Assembly: GCA_016217835.1 (NCBI GenBank) | Contig: JACRFQ010000014.1 | Location: 1 to 48,083, forward strand | Length of the DNA: 48,083 nucleotides | Source of the DNA: Candidatus Levyibacteriota bacterium | GTDB lineage: Bacteria > Patescibacteriota > Microgenomatia > Levybacterales > UBA12049 | Reading direction: 5' to 3' | Shown here: positions 40,869 to 48,083 of the stretch, one piece after another | How positions within the stretch are numbered: position 1 is the stretch's first letter | How the letters are laid out: every line of letters begins with the position of its first letter | Translations under genes and position numbers: made by a program | The notes under the pieces: generated by a model | Databases searched by the model: none | What the model saw: the letters and a program-made list of their open reading frames with translations, nothing else | What the model was told of the DNA's origin: nothing

Positions 40869-41138
40869 CTAATTGTAAACTTCATCATGAGTCCCTATTT
40901 TGATAAAATAAGCTTTGTCTTCGCTTAATAATTTGTATACCATTCGTATACTCATTATGATTGAAATACTCCACAAATTATTCATACTCGAATTAAGTTT
41001 ATGTGTACGTAAAGACGGATGTTTGAGATTTATGCTAAATAAATATAGTTGCTTTTGGATTCTTGAAGATAGTTTTACATTTTTTTGTTTTATCTTTTTG
41101 AGGTCTTTTACTACTTCCGGAGAAAGTTTAATATGCAT
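40869..41138 (-). CDS. RelE/YafQ-like type II toxin
   Basis: 89 aa, basic; HPSLRTHKL, WSISI---RMVY, IGTHDEVY. Confidence 0.82.
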   Translation of the reverse strand: MHIKLSPEVVKDLKKIKQKNVKLSSRIQKQLYLFSINLKHPSLRTHKLNSSMNNLWSISIIMSIRMVYKLLSEDKAYFIKIGTHDEVYN

Positions 41139-41140
41139 GA

Positions 41141-41398
41141 TTATAAATTTTTGAAAAATTCGTTAACGTTATCAATATCAATAGCTTCATCAATATGCTC
41201 CATTGCTTCTCTTGCGGCCTTTTCCGTGACAGTAGATGCTTTAAAAATAGGATATTCTTCATCTTTAACCTCGTCTATAATAAGATGTTTCACTAATTGA
41301 GTTATAGGAACACCCAGACGTTCAGCTTTAGATTTTAGTAAATCACCTAATTGTTGGGAAATGCTTACTCTGATTTGTATTTGTCCGCTATCTATCAT
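41141..41398 (-). CDS. Probable antitoxin (ribbon-helix-helix-like N-terminus)
   Basis: QIRVSIS...LKSKAERLGVPITQLVKHLI, acidic C-terminus ending NVNEFFKNL; 2 bp upstream of the toxin; AGGTGG SD. Confidence 0.72.
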   Translation of the reverse strand: MIDSGQIQIRVSISQQLGDLLKSKAERLGVPITQLVKHLIIDEVKDEEYPIFKASTVTEKAAREAMEHIDEAIDIDNVNEFFKNL

Positions 41399-41422
41399 AT
41401 TTTACCACCTTTTTACACTTAA

Positions 41423-41450
41423 ATTATACTACTTTTTGACGTTTTGTCAA
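41423..41450 (-). promoter_or_regulatory. TA operon promoter with an overlapping inverted repeat
   Basis: TTGACA(41450-41445)-16-TATAAT(41428-41423); TTGAC-N5-GTCAA at 41436-41450. Confidence 0.6.
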
Positions 41451-41526
41451 TAGATAAATCATTACGTGTTTAAAATACATATAAGCCTCAAAATTAAAAT
41501 TATGCCGCTTCAATAAGAAATGCTAA

Positions 41527-41832
41527 CTAACCGGCGTAAGGGAAAATACCTTCATGAATTGTTTGAAATGTCTTATCGGGTTTTTGAGTTATATGATAAC
41601 TAATTTCTAATTTATTACCTTGAAGAGGAATCCGTATTCTTCCTTGTTCAAATCCGCTTTTTTTACTTACTCCATAATAATCAAAAATAATTCTGCTACC
41701 CTGACCATATACGGGTACGTTTTCTTCGTTGCCATTTCTAATATTTTGAACATAAGACTCCCAAGTAGCTGATGGAGGTGGGGGAACTATATTGTCATGG
41801 ACAACTCTTTCAATTACTTCTTTAATGTTCAT
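41527..41832 (-). CDS. Hypothetical protein
   Basis: 101-aa ORF; TATAAT 6 nt before ATG; no motif recognised. Confidence 0.55.
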   Translation of the reverse strand: MNIKEVIERVVHDNIVPPPPSATWESYVQNIRNGNEENVPVYGQGSRIIFDYYGVSKKSGFEQGRIRIPLQGNKLEISYHITQKPDKTFQTIHEGIFPYAG

Positions 41833-42021
41833 CAGTTAATTATACTATAAGTTAACACGAAAACAAAATCAGGCTTAAGCACTCGAAATAAGTATTTGAA
41901 ATGTTTATAACTTTCCACCCGGGAGACGACTAGATAGAAAACAGCGACATTGGTATTCTATTAAAGAATAATAATAATTACTTAACATACTTACTCAAAA
42001 GAATGATATTATTGTTTAACT

Positions 42022-42579
42022 ATGGAAGAAGTATGTCCTAAATGCGGATCGCCACTTGCACCTATTACAGAAACTTCTACGGGAAGAAAGCTGCAGCGTT
42101 GTTCAACAGGTTCCTGGAATAAAGATACAAGGCAAAATGAAGGCTGCGATTACGTAAAATGGATTCAAGCTGAACCCGAAACATTGGATGAAAAATGTCC
42201 AAAATGCGGTTCGCCTTTGGTAATGCAATTTATAAGATTTGGCAAAAAAATGAAAAAATGCAGCGCCGGCAGTTGGGATAAAAATACAAAAAAAACTGTT
42301 GGTTGTGATTATGTAGAGTGGATTAACGGCACAACTGAAAAACTTGATGAAATGTGTCCTGAATGCGGTAGCCCACTTGTTTTATTTACTACCAATGCCG
42401 GTAAAAAGATGAAAAAATGCTCAACCGCAGGCTGGGATAGCGCTAAAAGAGTAGCAACGGGATGCACATATGTAGAATGGCTTAAATTTGATGCTAAAAA
42501 ATCCGAGCAGGACGAAAGCGGCGGCGAAGAATTTTTACCCCCGGAACCTCAATCAGACGGAAAAGACGTAGAAATATAA
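42022..42579 (+). CDS. Stand-alone protein of three topoisomerase I C4 zinc-ribbon-like repeats
   Basis: Three 53-54 aa repeats CPxCGSPL...CSxxxW...GCxYVxW plus an acidic tail. Confidence 0.8.
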   Translation: MEEVCPKCGSPLAPITETSTGRKLQRCSTGSWNKDTRQNEGCDYVKWIQAEPETLDEKCPKCGSPLVMQFIRFGKKMKKCSAGSWDKNTKKTVGCDYVEWINGTTEKLDEMCPECGSPLVLFTTNAGKKMKKCSTAGWDSAKRVATGCTYVEWLKFDAKKSEQDESGGEEFLPPEPQSDGKDVEI

Positions 42580-42745
42580 TATTAATTTTTTAATATTTCA
42601 TAATTAGAATTAGATTCGTGCCTGTTTACAGCAATGGAAGCAAATTCTTACGCCTACTCCTATTATCCGCTGCCTCTTACTACCATTGGTTATTAGAACC
42701 AAGTATGTGTTGACAAAACTCAACAGAATTATTTACACTAGTTAC

Positions 42746-43378
42746 ATGCAACCATCTTATCCTGAAGGTGAACAACCAAAAATATCCTTACCTCAAATTA
42801 CAAACGAAACAAGAGATAGATTAAAAGAAGAAGCTCCAGATAAATATGATGTCTTTCGTGGGGGTAGAAGATTTGCGAAAGATGTTTTCGGAAGTTTAGT
42901 TTCATCTAATAGGAGTCTTGTTGAAGGTATTTACAGGGAGCTTCATAGAGTAAAACCAGGATACGACAATCAGCATAGTATTGATGATTATGCAATCGGT
43001 ATGGCTGTTGTGCTTAGGGCATTTGATATCAATTCGGACTTTCGTTTGATGGAAAAATTCAAAGAATTAACAAATGAAGATGTAGAAAAAGGGGTCTGAG
43101 TTGTAAAAGAAACGATGGATGAAGAAGAATCAGCTAAATCTATATTTGCCTCCGTCTTAAGAGCTCCAATGATTCCTGAACACCAGATAAATTTACGGAG
43201 TGCTTTGCATGATTTTGAAATGGGTTCTGGTATGTCACAAACTGAATTGGGAGGACAAATGATGTATAAGATATTGGAAGACTTATGGCCTAAATTACAA
43301 ACTAATAACAATCATGGAGGGGAAAGTCTACCAGTACCCCCACCTAATCAACCACCTTTTTTCCCATCACAGGAATAG
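42746..43378 (+). pseudogene. 210-codon hypothetical ORF split by one in-frame TGA (43097-43099)
   Basis: The two track ORFs share a frame (GGG GTC TGA GTT GTA AAA GAA ACG ATG); promoter TTGACA(42710-42715)-18-TACACT(42734-42739) 6 nt before ATG 42746. Confidence 0.6.
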
Positions 43379-43419
43379 AGATTATTCTGTCATATCAATC
43401 TAAACTCATCGCCAATTTG

Positions 43420-43493
43420 TACCGCGGAGGGGATTCGAACCCCTGATAACCTGGCTGAAAACCAAGTGTCCTAGGCCACTAGACGACCGCGGC
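43420..43493 (-). tRNA. tRNA-Glu(TTC)
   Basis: GCCGCGG/CCGCGGT acceptor, CTTGG-TTTTCAG-CCAGG anticodon arm; promoter TTGCCC-17-TATAAT(43508-43503). Confidence 0.92.
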
Positions 43494-43533
43494 GAGGAAT
43501 TAATTATAGCCTAAAACTAAATTTAGGGCAATA

Positions 43534-44208
43534 TTAAATCCTGCTAAACTTTTTCTTTACTTCTTCGACAACGTCTTTAGCAGCGCCCTGTCCTCCAAGT
43601 CCGAATGCAATCCCGCCTGCAATAGCAAGCATTGCAACCAAACCTGTAAACAGAATTTTAATTAAATCAGATGCAACTCCGAGCTGGTTTAATACTGCAA
43701 GCAGTACGAAAACATTTACAGCCCATCTTACAACAGATGCAATTGCCGCTGCGGTTTGTTCATCGACACCTTTTGCCGATGCTAAAACAACATCATGCGA
43801 AAGCCTTGCTAAAACAAAGCCAACCATAGCAATAACTGCTGCCACAAAAACATTTGGTAAATAGTTAAGGAAATCGTTTAAGACTGTTATTATTCTTTGT
43901 AGTCCCCAAACATCTGCTGTCGGGATTAGAAATACGATAATAACAAACCATCGAACAATTTCCGATAACATATTTGCCCAGGAAAATTGATCTTTTGCCT
44001 CCGGCACTCCGTATCTTTTAAGAATTTCTTCAAGTTTTAATGTTTTAAATAAACTTAAAACAACTTGCTTTAATATGGACGCAACAATTACGCCAATTAA
44101 AAAAATTATTGCCCCTGCTAAAAATTTTGGGATAAAGCTTACGACACCGTAGAAGGCACTATTAAAGGAGGCAGTTAAGGTTAATCCAATGTCCGGCATT
44201 TTATTCAC
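43534..44208 (-). CDS. TM-helix repeat protein (CmpX / MscS-associated family)
   Basis: Two FIPKFLAG / YLPNVFVA repeats and AIAGGIAFGLGG; GAAAGGAG adjacent to GTG start (ATG 44199 is an alternative). Confidence 0.8.
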   Translation of the reverse strand: MNKMPDIGLTLTASFNSAFYGVVSFIPKFLAGAIIFLIGVIVASILKQVVLSLFKTLKLEEILKRYGVPEAKDQFSWANMLSEIVRWFVIIVFLIPTADVWGLQRIITVLNDFLNYLPNVFVAAVIAMVGFVLARLSHDVVLASAKGVDEQTAAAIASVVRWAVNVFVLLAVLNQLGVASDLIKILFTGLVAMLAIAGGIAFGLGGQGAAKDVVEEVKKKFSRI

Positions 44209-44290
44209 CTCCTTTCATTGATATGTTAAATTTAGTCTAATCCTAGTTTAATTGTCTTGTCAATAAGGAATTAGGTTGATATAATCAAAT

Positions 44291-44325
44291 TCTAGTATCT
44301 AGTTTCTATTATCTAGCTTTTAGTT
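44291..44325. repeat. Heptamer repeat TCTAGTA-TCTAGTT-TCTATTA-TCTAGCT-TTTAGTT
   Basis: Read directly, between TATAAT (44280-44285) and tRNA-Lys. Confidence 0.78.
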
Positions 44326-44327
44326 AT

Positions 44328-44399
44328 GGGCCGGTAGCTCAGCGGTAGAGCAGGAGCCTTTTAAGCTCTTGGTCACAGGTTCGAATCCTGTCCGGCTCA
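44328..44399 (+). tRNA. tRNA-Lys(TTT)
   Basis: GGGCCGG/CCGGCTC acceptor, GGAGC-CTTTTAA-GCTCT anticodon arm, GGTTCGAATCC. Confidence 0.96.
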
Positions 44400-44500
44400 C
44401 ATTTCGGCAAGCTCAGTGTAAACACATTGAGATTGCTAAAGTTAAGACAGGATGAGAAGTTTATGCTGAACGTAGTTGAAGAAAATCCTGTCCGGTTCAC
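44384..44500. repeat. 17-bp direct repeat of the tRNA-Lys 3' end enclosing an imperfect inverted repeat
   Basis: AATCCTGTCCGGCTCAC (44384-44400) and AATCCTGTCCGGTTCAC (44484-44500), 16/17 identical and 100 bp apart. Confidence 0.85.
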
Positions 44501-44505
44501 TGGGT

Positions 44506-45576
44506 TTAGAAAGTTTCTACGTCGTGAGCGTGACTTTCTTTAAGACCCGCAGAAGTAATTTGGACAAATTTTGCTCTTTTATGTAACTCGGGAATATTTA
44601 ATGCTCCCGAATAAGAAAGACCAGACCGTATACCGGCTGACAAACTTTCTACAACGCCTTTAACTGGACCCTTGTATTTAACCATTGCTTCAACGCCCTC
44701 AACATGAAACTCAAAGGTGGGTTTAATTCCATTCCGGTCTTTCTTAACCTGTTTGTGTTTCTGAAAATTCGAAGTAGAACCATCATAAAATTTATATCTT
44801 TGACCGTTCTTTTCTATAATTTCTCCGGGTGCTTCATCTGTTCCTGCAAAAAGAGAACCGCACATGTAGGCATCAGCGCCTGCTGCAAGTCCCTTAACAA
44901 TATCGCCGGACTTAGAAGCTCCTCCATCTCCCAAAACAAATTTATTTTTAAACTTATTTCTTGCTCTATTTGCTTCTATAATTGCTGTAATTTGAGGTAC
45001 TCCGCTTCCTGCAACTATTCTTGTTGTGCATATTGTACCTGCGCCAATTCCGACTCTAACAGTATCGGCTCCTGCTTTAAATAAATCATAGGCGCCCTCA
45101 TAGGTCGCAATTGTTCCCGCGATCATGGGGACAGATTTAAATTTATTTTTAAATTCAGATACGGCCCTAAGAGCATTAGTCGTATGCGCGTGCGCAATAT
45201 CCAATGTTATTCCGTCCGCACCTGCTTTTATTAACATAACTGCTCTTTCTAGATAATTATCCCTAAGCCCAATTGCCGCCACAACTCTTTGACCCGCGTT
45301 TTTAACTTTAGAAACTTTTTCTGCTTGTATATTTGGTAAGTCAAATCTTGGCATACAACCTATCGCGCCCAACCTAGACATTTCAATCGCCATATCAACA
45401 CCGGTGACAGTATCCATGCTTAAACTAATCAAGGGAATTTCAAGTTTTAAACCAGGAGCTATAAAAGTAGATAAATCAATTTGCATTCTTGATGCTATGT
45501 CTGATTTTTGTGGAACAAGTAAAACATCATCAAATGTCAAAGCAATAGGAAAGCTTGGATAATTTTGATCAGACAT
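44506..45576 (-). CDS. IMP dehydrogenase/GMP reductase family protein without CBS domains (GMP reductase-like)
   Basis: LTFDDVLLVP, MDTVT, DIAHAH, GIGAGTICTTR, DGG, GSLFAG, HVEG; ATG 45576. Confidence 0.85.
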   Translation of the reverse strand: MSDQNYPSFPIALTFDDVLLVPQKSDIASRMQIDLSTFIAPGLKLEIPLISLSMDTVTGVDMAIEMSRLGAIGCMPRFDLPNIQAEKVSKVKNAGQRVVAAIGLRDNYLERAVMLIKAGADGITLDIAHAHTTNALRAVSEFKNKFKSVPMIAGTIATYEGAYDLFKAGADTVRVGIGAGTICTTRIVAGSGVPQITAIIEANRARNKFKNKFVLGDGGASKSGDIVKGLAAGADAYMCGSLFAGTDEAPGEIIEKNGQRYKFYDGSTSNFQKHKQVKKDRNGIKPTFEFHVEGVEAMVKYKGPVKGVVESLSAGIRSGLSYSGALNIPELHKRAKFVQITSAGLKESHAHDVETF

Positions 45577-45635
45577 AGTATAAAGCCAAAAATTATAATA
45601 AACAAAAGTAATAATCTTTGTCAAGATACAGTCAA

Positions 45636-45664
45636 TTGCCATAGCTTGAAACTTGAACTATAAT
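45636..45664 (+). promoter_or_regulatory. uvrA promoter
   Basis: TTGCCA-17-TATAAT, 16 nt before ATG. Confidence 0.6.
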
Positions 45665-45680
45665 AGGTAGTCAATCAATT

Positions 45681-48083
45681 ATGGATAAGATAATCATCAA
45701 AGGCGCTAGGGAACATAATTTAAAAAATATCGACTTGGAAATTCCTAAAAACAAATTAGTCGTTTTTACAGGTCTTTCGGGAAGCGGTAAGTCATCGCTT
45801 GCATTTGATACTATTTACGCCGAAGGACAAAGACGATATGTAGAAAGCCTATCTTCTTACGCCAGGCAATTTTTAGGAATTATGAAAAAGCCGGATGTTG
45901 ATTTAATCGAAGGGTTATCTCCTGCAATATCGATTGATCAAAAATCCACTTCGCACAATCCAAGGTCAACAGTTGGAACAGTCACGGAAATTTATGATTA
46001 TTTAAGGCTTTTGTTTGCAAGAATTGGTCATCCTCATTGTTCTAAATGCGGACGGGAAATTTCAAGGATGAGTAAAGAACAAATTGTTAACAGTGTATTT
46101 GAATTATTAGATAAAAAAGTTTCTAAAAATTTAAGGATTATGATTCTTTCCCCAATTGTAAAAGACAGAAAAGGCGAGTATTTGGAATTATTTAATGATC
46201 TTAAAAAACGCGGATACAAAAAAGTCAGAATTGATGGGCACATTTTTAATATTAGTGATGATTTTGTCTTAATAAAAACAAACAAGCATACCATTGAAGT
46301 AGTGATTGACAGTATCTCTTTATCTAAAACAACCGACAGAGGAAGAATTGCCTCTGATGTCGAGCAAGGATTGATTCTTGGGAACGGAGAATTAATTGTT
46401 TGCGAAATTAAAGACGCAGGATTTGAAATTCCAGAAAAACCAAAAAAAATGGAAGACGAACTTTTCTCTGAAAAATTTGCCTGTCCAGTTGATAATATAT
46501 TTTTACCCGAAGTTGAACCAAGAATTTTTTCGTTTAATACTCCTCATGGAGCTTGTGCGGTATGTAATGGGTTAGGGACAATGTTAACGGTGGATAAAGA
46601 CTTAATTTTTAATGATAACTTAACTATTGGTGAAGGCGGAATTATGCCATTTTCAACCACACTTTCTCACGACACATGGTTTACAAGAACTTTTAAAACA
46701 TTTTGTAAGGAAAATAACATCCCTTTAAATATTAGGCTTAAAGATATTTCAAAAGGGATGAAAGAGCTTTTGCTTAACGGCACAGGAGAAAGAGTTTATA
46801 GTGTAGAAGGAGAGAACAGATGGGGTAAAGACACGGAAATCAGGGAAACATTTAAAGGAGTGCTTAACGATTTAAAACAAAAGTATCAATCGACTGAATC
46901 AACATTTTTAAGATCTCAAATTGAAAAATACATGCGTTATGAAGTCTGCACTGGCTGCGATGGAGCAAGGCTTAAAAAAGAAGCATTAAATGTAACTATA
47001 AATAGTAAATCAATTGTTGAGGTTTCGGATATGTCGATTCAAAATTCGTATGAATTTTTTCAACTCGTTTCTAGTCAAATTTCCGAGAGAGAAAAAGAAA
47101 TCAGTAAGTTAATTTTAAAAGAAGTTAAACAAAGGCTTTCATTTCTATTAGACGTTGGACTTGATTATTTAACTTTATCGAGAGGAGCTCAGACACTTGC
47201 AGGCGGAGAAGCGCAAAGAATAAGGCTTGCTTCTCAAATCGGTTCCGGGCTTACAGGAGTTTTATACGTATTGGATGAACCTTCAATCGGGCTTCATCAA
47301 CGAGATAATCAAAAACTTATTGATACTTTAAAAAAATTGCGTGATTTAGGAAATACTGTTTTAGTTGTAGAACACGACGAAGAAACCATGAAACAATCCG
47401 ATTACATTGTTGATTTTGGTCCTGGAGCTGGACTAGCAGGCGGTAAAATTGTTTCTAAGGGGATAATCCAAGATATTAAAAAAGACCCTAATTCATTAAC
47501 GGGACAATATTTGTCTTTAAAAAGAAAAATTAAAGTTGCAAATCCAAAACAGGAAGATTTAGTTGAAAAGATAAAAAATTCTAAAACTTTAAGAATAGAG
47601 GGCGCTACAGAACATAATCTTAAAAATATCGATGTTGATTTTCCTCTTAATAATTTAATTGTAATAACAGGAGTCTCCGGAAGCGGAAAGTCGACACTTA
47701 TAAATGATATTTTGTATCATGCTTTAATGCAAAAAAATAATCCGTACCATAGGCAAAAACCGGGTAAATATCGCTCGTTAAATGGCTTTGAAAATATTAA
47801 AGATGTCTACATGATTGATCAGTCTCCGATCGGCAGGACCCCAAGAAGCAATCCTGCAACTTACATTGGTGCATTTTCTTATATCAGAGATTTATTTGCT
47901 AAAACTAAAGCCGCAAAAATGAAAGGATATGGTCCCGGAAGATTCTCATTTAATGTAAGAGGTGGAAGGTGCGAGGCGTGTGAAGGAGAAGGAAGAATAA
48001 AAATTGAAATGCAATTTTTACCTGACGTTTATGTAACTTGCGAAGTTTGTAATGGGTCACAATACAATAAAGAAGCGCTTGAG
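45681..48083 (+). CDS. uvrA: Excinuclease ABC subunit A, 3'-partial (not in the ORF track)
   Basis: MDKIIIKGAREHNLKNID, GLSGSGKSSLAFDT, LAGGEAQRIRLA, LDEPSIGLH, second GVSGSGKST; runs off the window end. Confidence 0.97.
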   Translation, partial: MDKIIIKGAREHNLKNIDLEIPKNKLVVFTGLSGSGKSSLAFDTIYAEGQRRYVESLSSYARQFLGIMKKPDVDLIEGLSPAISIDQKSTSHNPRSTVGTVTEIYDYLRLLFARIGHPHCSKCGREISRMSKEQIVNSVFELLDKKVSKNLRIMILSPIVKDRKGEYLELFNDLKKRGYKKVRIDGHIFNISDDFVLIKTNKHTIEVVIDSISLSKTTDRGRIASDVEQGLILGNGELIVCEIKDAGFEIPEKPKKMEDELFSEKFACPVDNIFLPEVEPRIFSFNTPHGACAVCNGLGTMLTVDKDLIFNDNLTIGEGGIMPFSTTLSHDTWFTRTFKTFCKENNIPLNIRLKDISKGMKELLLNGTGERVYSVEGENRWGKDTEIRETFKGVLNDLKQKYQSTESTFLRSQIEKYMRYEVCTGCDGARLKKEALNVTINSKSIVEVSDMSIQNSYEFFQLVSSQISEREKEISKLILKEVKQRLSFLLDVGLDYLTLSRGAQTLAGGEAQRIRLASQIGSGLTGVLYVLDEPSIGLHQRDNQKLIDTLKKLRDLGNTVLVVEHDEETMKQSDYIVDFGPGAGLAGGKIVSKGIIQDIKKDPNSLTGQYLSLKRKIKVANPKQEDLVEKIKNSKTLRIEGATEHNLKNIDVDFPLNNLIVITGVSGSGKSTLINDILYHALMQKNNPYHRQKPGKYRSLNGFENIKDVYMIDQSPIGRTPRSNPATYIGAFSYIRDLFAKTKAAKMKGYGPGRFSFNVRGGRCEACEGEGRIKIEMQFLPDVYVTCEVCNGSQYNKEALE

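Noticed and set aside
42634-42696. 20-aa mini-ORF MEANSYAYSYYPLPLTTIGY, possible tmRNA tag or leader peptide
   Set aside because: No tmRNA tRNA-like ends, no SD and no attenuator; plausible by chance.
43097-43099. TGA as evidence of genetic code 25/4 or selenocysteine
   Set aside because: Long conserved genes have no internal TGA and several end in TGA; no redox-motif context or evident SECIS hairpin.
40681-44500. Prophage or intact integrative element
   Set aside because: No integrase, transposase, terminase or structural genes.

Overview
AT-rich, very compact bacterial chromosome segment. The gene content (F-type ATP synthase with a short delta subunit, MurT/GatD, PolX-PHP, cupin-type PGI, PEP synthase, tRNAs without encoded CCA) suggests a Patescibacteria/CPR, probably Microgenomates-like, genome; this is inference, not a database result. 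In order: surface-glycan genes (GT2, GT-C-like membrane protein, O-antigen ligase-like), tRNA-Thr, atpBEFHAGDC, dnaE, a GGDEF gene coupled to gatCAB, murT-gatD, lemA-htpX, polX, tRNA-Asp/LysM/tRNA-Gly, pyrG, rplS, yraN, a uvrB/lexA divergon, dedA/rsmI, a sugar-phosphate cluster (pmm, cupin, cupin PGI, ppsA, eno), holA, obgE, a small accessory patch (type II TA pair, triple zinc-ribbon protein, TGA-interrupted ORF), tRNA-Glu, tRNA-Lys, a GuaB/GuaC-family gene and a partial uvrA. I saw no CRISPR array, integrase, transposase or rRNA. The most interesting signals are non-coding: (1) a candidate ~80-nt RNA with its own promoter and three GCAA-tetraloop hairpins, between obgE and the TA pair; (2) a promoter-SD-ATG-terminator mini-unit facing tRNA-Gly; (3) a 100-bp REP-like insert bounded by a duplicated tRNA-Lys 3' end; (4) all five tRNA genes ending N73-C-A; (5) dispersed 7-bp tandem repeats; (6) widespread leaderless promoter architecture.
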